Shown: positions 52,044 through 64,000 of the stretch, one piece after another | Numbering within the stretch: position 1 is the first letter of the stretch | Layout of the letters: each line of letters starts with the position of its first letter | DNA from: an uncultured Gemmatimonadales bacterium | GTDB taxonomy: Bacteria > Gemmatimonadota > Gemmatimonadetes > Gemmatimonadales > Gemmatimonadaceae | NCBI GenBank assembly: GCA_963793305.1 | Contig: CAWBZV010000005.1 | Location: forward strand, 544,001-608,000 | Length of the DNA: 64,000 nucleotides | Direction of reading: 5' to 3' | Translations under genes and position numbers: made by a program | Notes under the pieces: model-generated | What the model saw: the letters and a program-made list of their open reading frames with translations, nothing else | Database searches by the model: none | What the model was told of the DNA's origin: nothing

Positions 52044-53415
52044 GCGAGTGGCGCTCTGCGCCCTCTCCGCCCTCGCGACTGCGCCCGTCATCGCGCAGGT
52101 CAGTCAGGCACCGGCACCCGCCGCCCCCAAGCCTTTTGCTCTCCCTGCCAAACGCGAGCTGCTGCTCGAGAACGGGATGCACGTCACCCTCGTGCCGTAT
52201 GGCATCCTGCCGCTCGCCACAGTTTCGCTGGTCATACGGACGGGCGCGATCGATGAGGCAGCCGATCAGGTGTGGCTCTCCAAACTCATGGGAGACTTCC
52301 TGCCCCAAGGGACGACCACGCGCACGGCCGCCGCGATCGCCAACGCGGCCGCTGGCATGGGTGGAACTCTCACGGTCTCGGCCCAGGACGACGAGATCAA
52401 TGTGGGTGGTGGTGTGCTCGGGGACTCGGCCGCGGCATTCGTGAGCCTCATTGGTGATGTCGCTGAGCACCCGACCTTTCCGGACTCGGAGCTCAAACGC
52501 CTCACCGGCGATCGCCTGCGCGCACTGGCGATTGCCCGTGCGCAGCCGCACCAGCTCACCCAAGAGCAGTACGCGCCGCTCATGTATCCGGATCATCCGT
52601 ACGGCCGCGTGATGCCGGCCGCTACGGCGCTCAAGGCGTACACGACCGCCGCGGTGCGGGCGTTTTACGCCAAGAACGTTGGCGCCACCCGAGCGCACCT
52701 CTATGTCGTTGGCCGCTTCGACCCCGCTGAGGCCGAGCGCGCCGCGCGCGCGGCATTCTCCAGCTGGGCCGCTGGCCAGCCGCCGACGGTCAACGTGCCG
52801 ACCATCCGCGCCGGCAGACGGCTCGTGGTCATCGACCGCCCCCACGCGGTGCAATCGACCATCGTCCTGGGTCTCCGAGTCGCGGAGCCGAAAAACGCGG
52901 ATTGGATCCCGCTGACCGTGACCGACGCCCTCCTCGGAGGCATGTTCAGCTCACGGATCACGACCAACATTCGCGAGCGCAAAGGCTACACGTACTCGCC
53001 GTTCAGCGCGGTCGGTCCCCATTACCAGACCGCGACGTGGACGGAGGTCGCCAACGTCACGACGAACGTCACCGGTCCTGCGCTCAAAGAGATCTTCGGC
53101 GAGATCGACCGGTTGCGCCGGACCCCACCCTCGGCTGACGAGCTCAAAGGCGTCCAGAACTACCTCGCCGGCATCTCCGTCTTGATCGATGCGACGCCAT
53201 CGGGTCTCCTGTCCCAGCTCTCCTTCGTCGATCTCCAAGGTTTGGGAGACAGCTATCTCTCCGACTACGTGCGACACGTATACGCCGTGACGCCGGCCGA
53301 CGTGCAGTCCGTGGCCGTGCGGTATGTGGATCCGGCGAAAATGGCTATTGTCGTCGCCGGGGACACTGCACGCATCGCTGGCCAGCTGGCGCCGTACCGC
53401 GCAGTGGTGCAATGA
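52024..53415 (+). CDS. M16 family peptidase, non-catalytic partner subunit
   Basis: LENGM, GTTTR, HPYG and LGGMFSSRITTNIRERKGYTY; lacks HxxEH. Confidence 0.9.
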   Translation: MPQLFSKRVALCALSALATAPVIAQVSQAPAPAAPKPFALPAKRELLLENGMHVTLVPYGILPLATVSLVIRTGAIDEAADQVWLSKLMGDFLPQGTTTRTAAAIANAAAGMGGTLTVSAQDDEINVGGGVLGDSAAAFVSLIGDVAEHPTFPDSELKRLTGDRLRALAIARAQPHQLTQEQYAPLMYPDHPYGRVMPAATALKAYTTAAVRAFYAKNVGATRAHLYVVGRFDPAEAERAARAAFSSWAAGQPPTVNVPTIRAGRRLVVIDRPHAVQSTIVLGLRVAEPKNADWIPLTVTDALLGGMFSSRITTNIRERKGYTYSPFSAVGPHYQTATWTEVANVTTNVTGPALKEIFGEIDRLRRTPPSADELKGVQNYLAGISVLIDATPSGLLSQLSFVDLQGLGDSYLSDYVRHVYAVTPADVQSVAVRYVDPAKMAIVVAGDTARIAGQLAPYRAVVQ

Positions 53416-53437
53416 AACGTTATCGAGGGAATGACCG

Positions 53438-55495
<2,058 letters not shown>

Positions 55496-55741
55496 TGCCC
55501 TGTCTATAGGCCGTCGCGATTTGGGGACACTGATCGTTGTCGGTCGGCCAGGGGGGCCATGTGAACTGTCGGGCCACGCATATGGTCCTTCAGTTCACCC
55601 CTGCGGCGCAGCCCACGGCATGCGCGGTAGCCGGCATGACGCGGGGCTGAAACGCGGGCCCAGCGCTGGAGTGTCCCATTCTCTCCCTACTCTACCCAAG
55701 CGTGCTCCAGCACTGGGCCGTGTTATGCGCGCTCGCCCGAT

Positions 55742-56308
55742 CTATTTTAGGAGCTCGGGCGGGATCGGGCTGCCCGGTCGCTCGTCATCCCAGGACGCCG
55801 CGGTGATCCACCACCGGGTGCCATCCCAATACAGGTCGAGACTGTTGACGCCGCGCGCGAGGAGCGGACCCTTGGGGTCTTGGCGCGTCTCGTAGGTGCT
55901 CATGACGTGCGCGATGTTTCCGACTCGGTAGCTCACGCGGTGGATCTCGTGCTCGTCAAACCCACCTTTCACGAGTGACGCGTCCGTTGCGTCGACGTAC
56001 TCCTGGTGACTCAGCACCTTGACCGTCGGTGTGCCGTCTGCCTTCACGTTCGTCGAAAAGAACCGCAAGCCCGGCCAGTACAGGGTCCGATCGCGGCCCC
56101 ATTGGCGCGGCTGACCCGGAGGGCCGGTGATGACGTTGTAATAGGCCTTGATCACTCCGTTGATCGTCGACACGTCTTCAGCGCGCGCGGCGATCGTGGG
56201 TACCAGAACGTGAGCCTGTGAAGCTGTCTCTTGTGACATGGCCAGTCGGGGGATGAACGCCAGCGTGCCAATGAGGCGGACCAACAGCGACGCGACACGA
56301 GTGGTCAC
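55742..56308 (-). CDS. exported NTF2-like hypothetical protein
   Basis: AGGAGG RBS before GTG 56308; DVSTINGVIKAYY, GNIAHVMSTYE, RGVNS and RWWI. Confidence 0.75.
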   Translation of the reverse strand: MTTRVASLLVRLIGTLAFIPRLAMSQETASQAHVLVPTIAARAEDVSTINGVIKAYYNVITGPPGQPRQWGRDRTLYWPGLRFFSTNVKADGTPTVKVLSHQEYVDATDASLVKGGFDEHEIHRVSYRVGNIAHVMSTYETRQDPKGPLLARGVNSLDLYWDGTRWWITAASWDDERPGSPIPPELLK

Positions 56309-56475
56309 AATCGACCTCCTGAGTATACCGTGTCCGGGCGCAAGGGCCGACGACCCTCCAGCGTCTTGGTCACGGTCTCGTGCGGCCAAGCACCCCCAGG
56401 GATGTCTGGCGATCACGCGCACGGGGGCCCTCAGCGACTGGAGCACGGTCAATCATAACCCGTGCGCCTTGGGGC

Positions 56476-56493
56476 GGATTGAACGGATCAAAC
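56476..56493 (-). promoter_or_regulatory. degenerate motif copy GTTTGATCCGTTCAATCC
   Basis: Intergenic, pointing into the NTF2-like gene. Confidence 0.5.
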
Positions 56494-56518
56494 CTTCTCG
56501 TGATGCCGACGGTGGGCC

Positions 56519-57862
56519 CTAGCGCGCCGGGTGAATAGTATCGAAGAACACGAGGGCGTCGAACGCGCTCCCCGGCGGCGCGACGACATACCCGTCCTCC
56601 GCCCGCATGGCGTGAGGCGCGGCCAGCCAGCGAGCCACCGGGCCGGTAGCCGGTGCGCCCGCGATGTCCAACTGATACGTCGAGTATTGAAAGGGACGGA
56701 GGCTACATAACGTGCCATCGACACTCAAGGGATCAGCCGGACGTATAGCCTTGTCGGCACGGAGACGAAAGGCGGTGCCAATCGGAACGTAAGCGCTGCC
56801 CAGGTCGTGTTGGAGATACTGCCCCAGGCTGGCGACGGCGGTGGGGCGCGAGTTGAGCAGTTGACCGTCAATGAGCGCGCGGGACACGTGGAGGTTGTGG
56901 GCCCAGATCACGACCACTCCGCGCGCGCCTTCGCGAGAGAGCACCCATTCGACATTTGCAGTCATGGCTTGATCGCGGGGATTGCTCGGTGCGTTCCAGC
57001 CGACGTGTAGCGCCGTTTCGGTCTGGAGGGCAAGGCGTGTCAGTCGCAGTGCCCAGTCGTATGCGTCCGGTGACGATCGTGCGCGGTACACGGCGCCTTG
57101 TGATTGCATGCGGTCGACCAGGGTTTGCAACTGCGTCCGCAGTGCATCCTGCCTCTTACCGAGCGACACGTAGAGCGGTAGTGTGCCGGGGCCGTCGCTG
57201 TCCAACGCGCGCGCGATCGGCTCGAGCCCTGCGCGCGAGCGATCCGCGAAGGCTGGATCGACTCCTTGAAGAAAGTGCCACACGGACTCGAGCGCAGGAC
57301 GCAGGCTGCCGCCGCCATCTGCGGGCATGTCCATTCCGTAGAAATGGACGCGATGGGCAGCATCGTCGCCGCGGTTGTACGCATGCCGCCAGCGGAGCGC
57401 ACCAATCGTCTCGGTATCACGCCACCAGTCGTAACTCAGTGCACGCGAGAAATCGGGGGCGGTATCCGTCTCGCCGGACACCCAGGCGTCGATCGCCCGA
57501 GCTTCGACGAGTCCGGTTTCCATCACGACTGCCGCTACTGGTCGTCGCGCCAGCAGTTGAGCGGTAACTTGGCGATGCCATTGCAGGAACTCGTGCATGT
57601 CGTGAACGCTCTCGCCGAGTGCCACGATGCGAGCGTGACGGGTCAGTTGAACGAGCGTCGAATCCGGTGCGGGCAGCGGTCGGGCATGTGATCTCGACCA
57701 CTGGACAAAGGCGGCGCGGCCGGCTGTGTCTTGCGTCGGTTGGGCAAGACAGCGACCGGCGACGGTGGAAACGAGAAAGAGCGCGAGAGAAAAGGCGGTA
57801 CGACGCCCGCGAACCGGCCTCGTCATTCTCCACTGGAGGCTGAACGCTGCGAGGAATCGCAC
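56519..57862 (-). CDS. erythromycin esterase family protein, exported
   Basis: IVALGESVH, VVMETG, VHFYGMD, RDQAMTANV, IWAHNLH, LGQYL and FDALVF. Confidence 0.88.
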   Translation of the reverse strand: MRFLAAFSLQWRMTRPVRGRRTAFSLALFLVSTVAGRCLAQPTQDTAGRAAFVQWSRSHARPLPAPDSTLVQLTRHARIVALGESVHDMHEFLQWHRQVTAQLLARRPVAAVVMETGLVEARAIDAWVSGETDTAPDFSRALSYDWWRDTETIGALRWRHAYNRGDDAAHRVHFYGMDMPADGGGSLRPALESVWHFLQGVDPAFADRSRAGLEPIARALDSDGPGTLPLYVSLGKRQDALRTQLQTLVDRMQSQGAVYRARSSPDAYDWALRLTRLALQTETALHVGWNAPSNPRDQAMTANVEWVLSREGARGVVVIWAHNLHVSRALIDGQLLNSRPTAVASLGQYLQHDLGSAYVPIGTAFRLRADKAIRPADPLSVDGTLCSLRPFQYSTYQLDIAGAPATGPVARWLAAPHAMRAEDGYVVAPPGSAFDALVFFDTIHPAR

Positions 57863-57909
57863 CTCGGCATGGTTGTGGCCGCGTCAAAGTATCCGACTGT
57901 CGCGAGGCC

Positions 57910-57927
57910 TTCTTGAGGGAAACCAAC
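57910..57927 (-). promoter_or_regulatory. degenerate motif copy GTTGGTTTCCCTCAAGAA
   Basis: Esterase GTG 48 nt downstream. Confidence 0.45.
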
Positions 57928-58043
57928 ATCGGCGCGAAGTCCGTGTCGTCGTTGCGCCCGGTTGTGCTCTCTAATATGCTCCTGAGGGAAGTAACTAGGG
58001 GGAAGGCCGCCCCACGACTCGATGCGCTCGGCAACCGGGATCT

Positions 58044-58367
58044 ATGCCACTGCTCAAGGGAACGCTCAATCCGTTGGTCTTGAAGGCGCTGTGCTTGGGC
58101 CCGATGCACGCGTTCGAGATCGCGACCTGGCTCGCGGATCGGTCGAGTGGTGAGTTCATGATCGAGGAGCCGGCGTTGCTCCAAGCGCTGCATCGTCTGG
58201 AGGAGCGGCGGCTGATCGTGGCGGAATGGGGCGTGACCGCCAACAATCGACGCGCGCGGTACTATCGCGTGACCGCGGCGGGCCGAGCGCAGCTGCGCGC
58301 GGAGACGGAGTCGCTCAAAGGGTCGGTGGCGGCACTCACCGCTGTTCTCGAGTCGAGGACGGCCTGA
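58044..58367 (+). CDS. PadR-family regulator (acidobacterial type)
   Basis: LLKGTL, ALHRLE and EWGVTANNRRARYY; adjacent to an ADOP permease. Confidence 0.9.
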   Translation: MPLLKGTLNPLVLKALCLGPMHAFEIATWLADRSSGEFMIEEPALLQALHRLEERRLIVAEWGVTANNRRARYYRVTAAGRAQLRAETESLKGSVAALTAVLESRTA

Positions 58368-58381
58368 CGCAGGGTCCTGAC

Positions 58382-61070
58382 ATGACAGCACACCGCGTTC
58401 GCGCCGGCGTGGCCCGGCTCTTCCAGCTTGCTTTGCGGCGTCCTGATCGGGCGGCGACCGAGGCCGATGCGGAGCTCGATGCGGTGCTCGAAGCCAAGGC
58501 GGAATATTTCATCGCGCGGGGGATGTCTCCCGAGGCGGCCCGCGCGGAGGCGACGCGCGCTCTGGGGATTCCGCTGGACGCTGCCCGGGCGCTCGTGCAC
58601 CGGTCGGCCCGACACCGGGAGCAGCGGCTGCGCATACGCGAGCGACTAGGCGAGGCCGTCGCCACCTGTCGGTACGCGGTGCGGACGTTGCGCCGGAGCC
58701 CGGTATTCGCTGTGGCGACGATCGCGACGCTGGCGCTGGCGATCGGCGCGACGACCGCGATCTATACGGCCGTCAACGCCGTGATCCTGCGGCCGCTTCC
58801 GTACACGCAGCCCGATCGCCTGGTGACCATCGGCGAGGACAACGCCGACTTCAACTGGCAGCTCGCCGATGCCGCGCCCGCCAACTTCCTCGACTGGCAC
58901 GATCGCGTGTCGGCATTTCGTGGGGTCGCGGCGTTTTCGCCGTTTGTCGGGAACGCCACGCTGACCGGATTTGGCAACCCGCGAGTGCTCAAGGCAACGC
59001 AGGCCAGCGGCAACTTGTTCACCGTGCTCGGCGTGCGCGCGGCAATGGGTCGCACATTCGAGGATGCGGAGACCTGGCAGCGGAGTGGTCGGCCGGTCGC
59101 GCTGTTGAGTGATCACGTGTGGCGAGAGGTCTTCGGGGGCAAGCCCGTCGTCGGGCAGACCATCCGACTCGATGGCCAGGCCGTCGACATCGTCGGCGTT
59201 CTGCCGGCGAGTTTCTCTATCCCCGGCCTTAGTGCCGACATCTGGGCGCCGTTCGGATGGGATCCCGCCAACCGTCAGCAGACGTGGTTTCGGCGGGCCC
59301 ATTTCGTACGCGTGTTGGCGCGCCTCGCTCCGGGCCTGACGATGGGGAGCGCGGACGCTGCGCTGCACGTCGTCGTCCGCGCGCTCCAGACCGAGTATCC
59401 GGCGACCAACGCGCACATGGGCGCAAGCCTGGCGCCCCTGCATGATTACCTGATCGGACCTGCGGAGCGCCCGCTGAGCGTTGCGTTCGCGGCCGCCGCG
59501 GCGCTCCTGCTCATTGCGTGCGCGAACGTGGGCAACCTGCTGCTGGTGCGCGCGGCGGCGCGGTCCCGTGAAGCGGCGTTGCGCCGCGCGCTCGGTGCCG
59601 GCCGGTCGCGGCTCGTGGTGCAGGCGTTGACGGAGAGCCTCATGCTTGCGCTCTTGGGCGGCACGGGTGGGATCGCGCTCGGCTGGTTGGGCACGGCGGC
59701 GCTGGCGGCATTGATGCCGCACAACATGCTGCCGGTGAACGATCTGGCCGTTGACTGGAGCGTGCTGCGGTTCGTCGGCGCCGTCACGTTGGTGTGTGGC
59801 ATCGCGTTCGGCATCGGGCCCGCGCTCTGGATGGCGCGGGGTGGAGCTGCCGACGCGCTCAAGGACGAAGCGCGCGGGTCGAGCGCATCCGCGCGGTCGC
59901 GGCGGTGGGGCGATACGCTGCTCGTGAGTCAGGTGGCGATCGCGCTCGCGCTCACGCTCGGTGCGGGGCTGCTGGTCAAGAGTTACGAGTTGCTGCAGCG
60001 GGTCAAGCCGGGGTTCGACCCGAGCGGGGTTCTGGCCGTCACGGTCGACGTGACATTCGACAGCGCGGCGAAGACTTTACGGTTCTATGACGATCTGTTG
60101 GCCCGTGCGCGTGGGCTGCCGGGGGTCGAGTCGGTGGCGCTCGTCTCCACGCTGCCGCTCACCGGTCCACCGTGGTCGAGCGAGTTCGCGGTGGCGGGCC
60201 GCCCACCTCTGCCGCGCGGGGGCAATGTGGTGCATCGGGAGGTGAGCCCCGATTACCAACGCGTGATGCGCGTGCCTCTCATACGCGGCCGCTTGTTCGC
60301 GGACGCCGATCGGTCGGACGCGCCGTTGGTCGTGCTGATCAACGAGACGCTGGCGAAGACGTACTTCCAGGGCGAGGATCCGATCGGCCTGCGGGTGGCG
60401 TTCGATCGCGTGCCGGATTCGAACGTCGCACTGGCGCACGATCATCGGCGTCGTGGGCGACGAGCGCCAGACGTCGATGAGCGAGGCGCCGCGATCCGAG
60501 TTCCTTGCTCCGGCAGCGCAGGATGGTGGGGAGAACCTGTCGCTCCTGCTGCGGACGCGCGGTGATCCTCACGCGCTCGTCGGGAGTGTTCGGCAGATCG
60601 TTGGAGCCCTCAGCCCGGACTTGGGCATCGCGTCGGTCCAGACAATGGCGGATGTGCGCGCGGCGGCGTTGGCGCGCGACCGGTTTCTGACCGTGCTGTT
60701 CCTGTTGTTCGCGGCCGTGGGGGTGGTGCTCGGCGTGGTCGGCATCTACGGGGTGGTGGCGCAGCTGGCGCGCCGGCGCATGCGCGAGCTCGGGATCCGC
60801 GTCGCGTTGGGCGCGCGGCGGTGGCAGGTGCAGTGGCTGGTGGTGCGGCGCGGGCTCGCGTTGTCGGCGATCGGGATCGCGATCGGGGTTGTCGGCGCGG
60901 TCGCGGTCACCGGTGTGATGCGGTCGCTCCTCTACGGGGTGACGCCGGAGGACCCACTGACGTTCGCGATCGTTCCGGCGCTGGTGCTCGTGACCGCCGC
61001 GCTGGCGTCGTGGGTGCCGGCGCTGCGGGCGAGCCGATCTGACGCGGCGGAGGTGTTGCGGGCGGAGTAG
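58382..61070 (+). CDS. MacB/FtsX-like duplicated ABC permease (ADOP type) with permease prefix domain (apparent frameshift at ~60422)
   Basis: GMSPEAARAEA, LRRSPVF, LLIACANVGNL and ELGIRVALGA. Removing one A gives DSTSHWRTIIGVVGD. Confidence 0.92.
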
Positions 61071-61132
61071 GCTGCAGTCGCCTGGGGGCAGTCATTGCCC
61101 GGCCGCGAGGGTGCGCGGTTCATGTGCCACGT

Positions 61133-61150
61133 GTTGTGTTCGTGCAAGAC
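61133..61150 (+). promoter_or_regulatory. 18-bp motif copy GTTGTGTTCGTGCAAGAC
   Basis: In-frame GTG 31 nt downstream. Confidence 0.75.
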
Positions 61151-61180
61151 CCGTCTGGCGCGGGACGCCAATGTCGGCGG

Positions 61181-62584
61181 GTGTTCGGACCCAAACTCGC
61201 GAGGTCGTCCCTCGTCGCCCTACTCGCGATCGCTCCGCTGCGCGGCCAAATGCCCTCCCTGTCATTCGACGATCTGGCGCGCGCGCCGGGCGTCGATCCG
61301 GCACAAGTGCAGTGGCTGCGCTCGCATCTCACCGCGGCGGAACGGGACACCGTCGTACATCTCGTCGAGGCGCTCTCACGGCCCGAAGCCGTTCAGCTGC
61401 TGCCGGCATTCTTCTATTTGGATGGCACCGCGGAATCGCCGTTCGGTACCCCGCGGGTCTTTCTCGACAGCGTGGTGCAGCGGCCGCCGACCGGTGGCGC
61501 GGGCGTCGTCCGGGCCGTGTACCTGGCCGCGCGCATGCGCGACACCGTCCTCCGCGACGCGCGGCGCGCGGGATTCTACGCGATCGACTGGTTGGGACGG
61601 CCCTATGCCCCCGCGCATGCGACCATGCCGCCCACATCGGACGGCACGACCATCGACCTCGCGTTCGACTTCGTGCCCGCCGACACGCTCCTGGCGATTC
61701 TCGGCACGCCGAATGTGACGGCGCGCGAGGCCGAGCGACGGATCAGCACACCGGTGTTCGACGCACTCATCGAACACCGGAGCCAGAGCTTCTATCCCGT
61801 GCCGCTGTCGCGCGAGCAGCTGGCCCTCGTGCTGGCCCACGCCGCGAGTCCCGATCCGCTCGACCAGTTGTACATGTGGGCGCAGCCGAGGGGGTTCTAC
61901 GACTACGCCAACGTCGGTCGGCATCGCGCCGCGTACCGCGCGCTCGTCGATACGTTGCGGGCGCACCAGGCGGACATCGTTGGTCGCGTCGCGGTCGCGA
62001 TAGCTCCGTACCTCCCCAGTCACACCCGCCTGGTGCGCCACCTCTCGTTTTACTTCGCGGACGGCGCCAATGGCTGGGCGACGAGCCATGTGGCGGCCAT
62101 CGATCTGGAGTGGTTCAAGGACGACTACGAGCGTCTGGTGAACCTGACGACGCACGAGACGTTCCACGCCGCGCAGACGGCCGCTCGCGGAGCGCAAGCG
62201 CCCGAGGAGCCATCGCCGAACCCGGTGCTCGCGCAGGCGATGGACGTGATCTTCCTTGAAGGCACGGCCACTTTCATCGCGCCCCCGTCACCGCGCACGG
62301 CAGAGCAACGCGCGGCAGCCATCCACGAGGGGGCGCGACTGCTCGACGCGATCGCCCACGAGACCAATGCGACCGTCGCCCAGACCGCGCTCGATCGCGG
62401 CACCGCGTCGGCGGGTCCCTTCTATTGGCTCGGCGCCGCCATGTCCCAGGTTATTGTCGACGCACTCGGCCCGCGCGCGCTCGCCACGACGCTGCGCACC
62501 GGGGCGAATGGATTCTTCGCGACCTACCGCGCCGCGCTCACGAAGCGACCCGCCACGGCCGACGTGCTGGCCTTGATCCCATGA
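61181..62584 (+). CDS. exported putative Zn-dependent protease (HExxH...E)
   Basis: Signal peptide, THETFHA, FLEGTATF and GPFYWLG. Confidence 0.7.
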   Translation: MFGPKLARSSLVALLAIAPLRGQMPSLSFDDLARAPGVDPAQVQWLRSHLTAAERDTVVHLVEALSRPEAVQLLPAFFYLDGTAESPFGTPRVFLDSVVQRPPTGGAGVVRAVYLAARMRDTVLRDARRAGFYAIDWLGRPYAPAHATMPPTSDGTTIDLAFDFVPADTLLAILGTPNVTAREAERRISTPVFDALIEHRSQSFYPVPLSREQLALVLAHAASPDPLDQLYMWAQPRGFYDYANVGRHRAAYRALVDTLRAHQADIVGRVAVAIAPYLPSHTRLVRHLSFYFADGANGWATSHVAAIDLEWFKDDYERLVNLTTHETFHAAQTAARGAQAPEEPSPNPVLAQAMDVIFLEGTATFIAPPSPRTAEQRAAAIHEGARLLDAIAHETNATVAQTALDRGTASAGPFYWLGAAMSQVIVDALGPRALATTLRTGANGFFATYRAALTKRPATADVLALIP

Positions 62585-63858
62585 GACCGCTCATGATTCG
62601 CCTCTGGCTCGCGATATCACTCGCGGGCGTGACCTCACCCGCGTGTGCCCAACACGCCGATTCGACGTATCGACAGCACCTGGCGGCCGCGCGGGCGAGC
62701 GACCCGGCGACGGCACAGGCGCATTTACTTCGCGCCCTCGAGCTCATACACGGTCATCCGGATGTCGTGTACTTTCTGGCGCGCAACGCCGTCCAACGGG
62801 GCGAGCCCGGTACGGCCATCGCCTATTTGCGCACGATCGCCGCGATGGGCCTGGCCTACCCCATCGATCGCGACACGACATTCGCATCCCTTGGCGGTCG
62901 CGAGGATTTTCGCGCGGTGCGCGCGGCGATGATGGCCAACCACACGCCGATCGGTCACTCGACGACCGTGGCGACGGCGTCGGATCCCGATCTGCTGGTC
63001 GAGGATGTCGCCTATGATCCGTCGACGCGCACGTTCTACGCGACCAGCGTGCACACGCAGCGGATCGTTGCGTTCTCTTCATCGGGCGCGACCGCGACGT
63101 TCGCGGCGTCCGACGATGATACGCTGCTGACGCCGGTCGCGATCGTGGTCGACCGCCGCCGCCGCACGCTGTGGGCGACGACGGCGTCCATGCGGCAGGC
63201 CGAGCATTGGAGCGCCGCCGATTCGGGGCGGAGCGGCGTCCTGCGATACGACCTGGGCACGCATCGGCTCATCGGTCGGTCCATGCTGCCGTCCGATGGG
63301 GCGGCGCACGAACTGGGTGATATGACGCTCGACGCATCCGGGAATCCTATCGTCTCGGATGGCACGGGTGGTGGCGTGTATATCCTGGATCGGCGCAGTG
63401 GCGCGCTCACGGTGCTGGTCCCGCCTGGTACATTCCGCTCGCCGCAAACGCCGGCCGTCGCGCCTGACGGTCGCATTCTCGTCGCGGACTATGCGATGGG
63501 GCTTGCCTCCGTGGATCCTACGACCCACGCGGTGTCGTGGATCGCGCACGCCGACACCGTCGCCATGAATGGGATCGATGGCATGTACCTCGTTGGCGAC
63601 ACGTTGTACGCGATTCAGAATGGGACCACTCCCGAGCGCGTGACGCGCTTCGTGCTGGACGCGGGGCTGCGTCGTGTCATCGACTGGTCCGTGGTCGAGC
63701 GCGCGACTCCCGGGCTCGGGGAGCCCACGCACGGTGTCGTGGTCGGCAACGACTTTTACTTCATCGCCAACAGCGGCTGGGATCGATTCGGCGACAATGG
63801 GCACGTGACGAGGCCGGGTGGCACACCGGCACGGCTCGTTCGCGTCGGTGGATCGTGA
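62581..63858 (+). CDS. exported SMP-30/gluconolactonase-like beta-propeller with N-terminal TPR-like region
   Basis: Signal peptide, EDVAYD, GDMTLD, FRSPQ, GIDGM, IQNG and FIANSGW; ATGA overlap with the previous gene. Confidence 0.75.
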   Translation: MRPLMIRLWLAISLAGVTSPACAQHADSTYRQHLAAARASDPATAQAHLLRALELIHGHPDVVYFLARNAVQRGEPGTAIAYLRTIAAMGLAYPIDRDTTFASLGGREDFRAVRAAMMANHTPIGHSTTVATASDPDLLVEDVAYDPSTRTFYATSVHTQRIVAFSSSGATATFAASDDDTLLTPVAIVVDRRRRTLWATTASMRQAEHWSAADSGRSGVLRYDLGTHRLIGRSMLPSDGAAHELGDMTLDASGNPIVSDGTGGGVYILDRRSGALTVLVPPGTFRSPQTPAVAPDGRILVADYAMGLASVDPTTHAVSWIAHADTVAMNGIDGMYLVGDTLYAIQNGTTPERVTRFVLDAGLRRVIDWSVVERATPGLGEPTHGVVVGNDFYFIANSGWDRFGDNGHVTRPGGTPARLVRVGGS

Positions 63859-64000
63859 ACCGACGGCAGCGCTTATCGGCGGTGCCTCGGGGTCGGCGAC
63901 GGCGACCCGTGAGACAGGTCCTACGTACCGCAGTCCACGAACTGCGGCGTGGGCTGCGGCGGCCCGGTGCGCGGATAATATGATATTTCCCGTCCGGATC

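Noticed and set aside
56519..57862. A bona fide macrolide resistance gene (ereA/ereB)
   Set aside because: Family motifs are present, but many members do not hydrolyse macrolides; substrate cannot be inferred from sequence.
57961..58005. Possible motif copy or PadR operator upstream of padR
   Set aside because: The match to the consensus is poor and no clean palindrome could be defined.

Overview
GC-rich bacterial window. The gene content (SusC/SusD pair, ADOP-type permeases with PadR, carboxypeptidase-regulatory-domain protein) suggests Gemmatimonadota or a related lineage; this is an inference. The first ~5 kb is a 4-hydroxybenzoate/protocatechuate cluster (pobA, pcaHGB, pcaD-pcaC fusion). 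The remaining ~59 kb is a mosaic of mostly exported peptidases and hydrolases, CPBP proteases, transporters and regulators. The main signal is an 18-bp motif, approximate consensus GTTGNNTTYGTTCWAKAC, found about 22 times, essentially only in intergenic or extreme 5' positions and nearly always pointing into a downstream gene. One locus has an exact 17-bp direct repeat with a 4-bp spacer in front of susCD. Two closely related AraC paralogues in the window are the candidate regulators, suggesting a large clustered AraC regulon that may grow by promoter duplication. Other observations: a 145-bp inversion plus deletion in a LytS-type kinase, several deletion scars, a PLP enzyme lacking its catalytic lysine, and about 10 frameshifts sharing one context (an extra A in GAYG) that look like a systematic, possibly methylation-linked, sequencing artefact. 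Product calls come from recognising motifs in the translations; no database searches were run.
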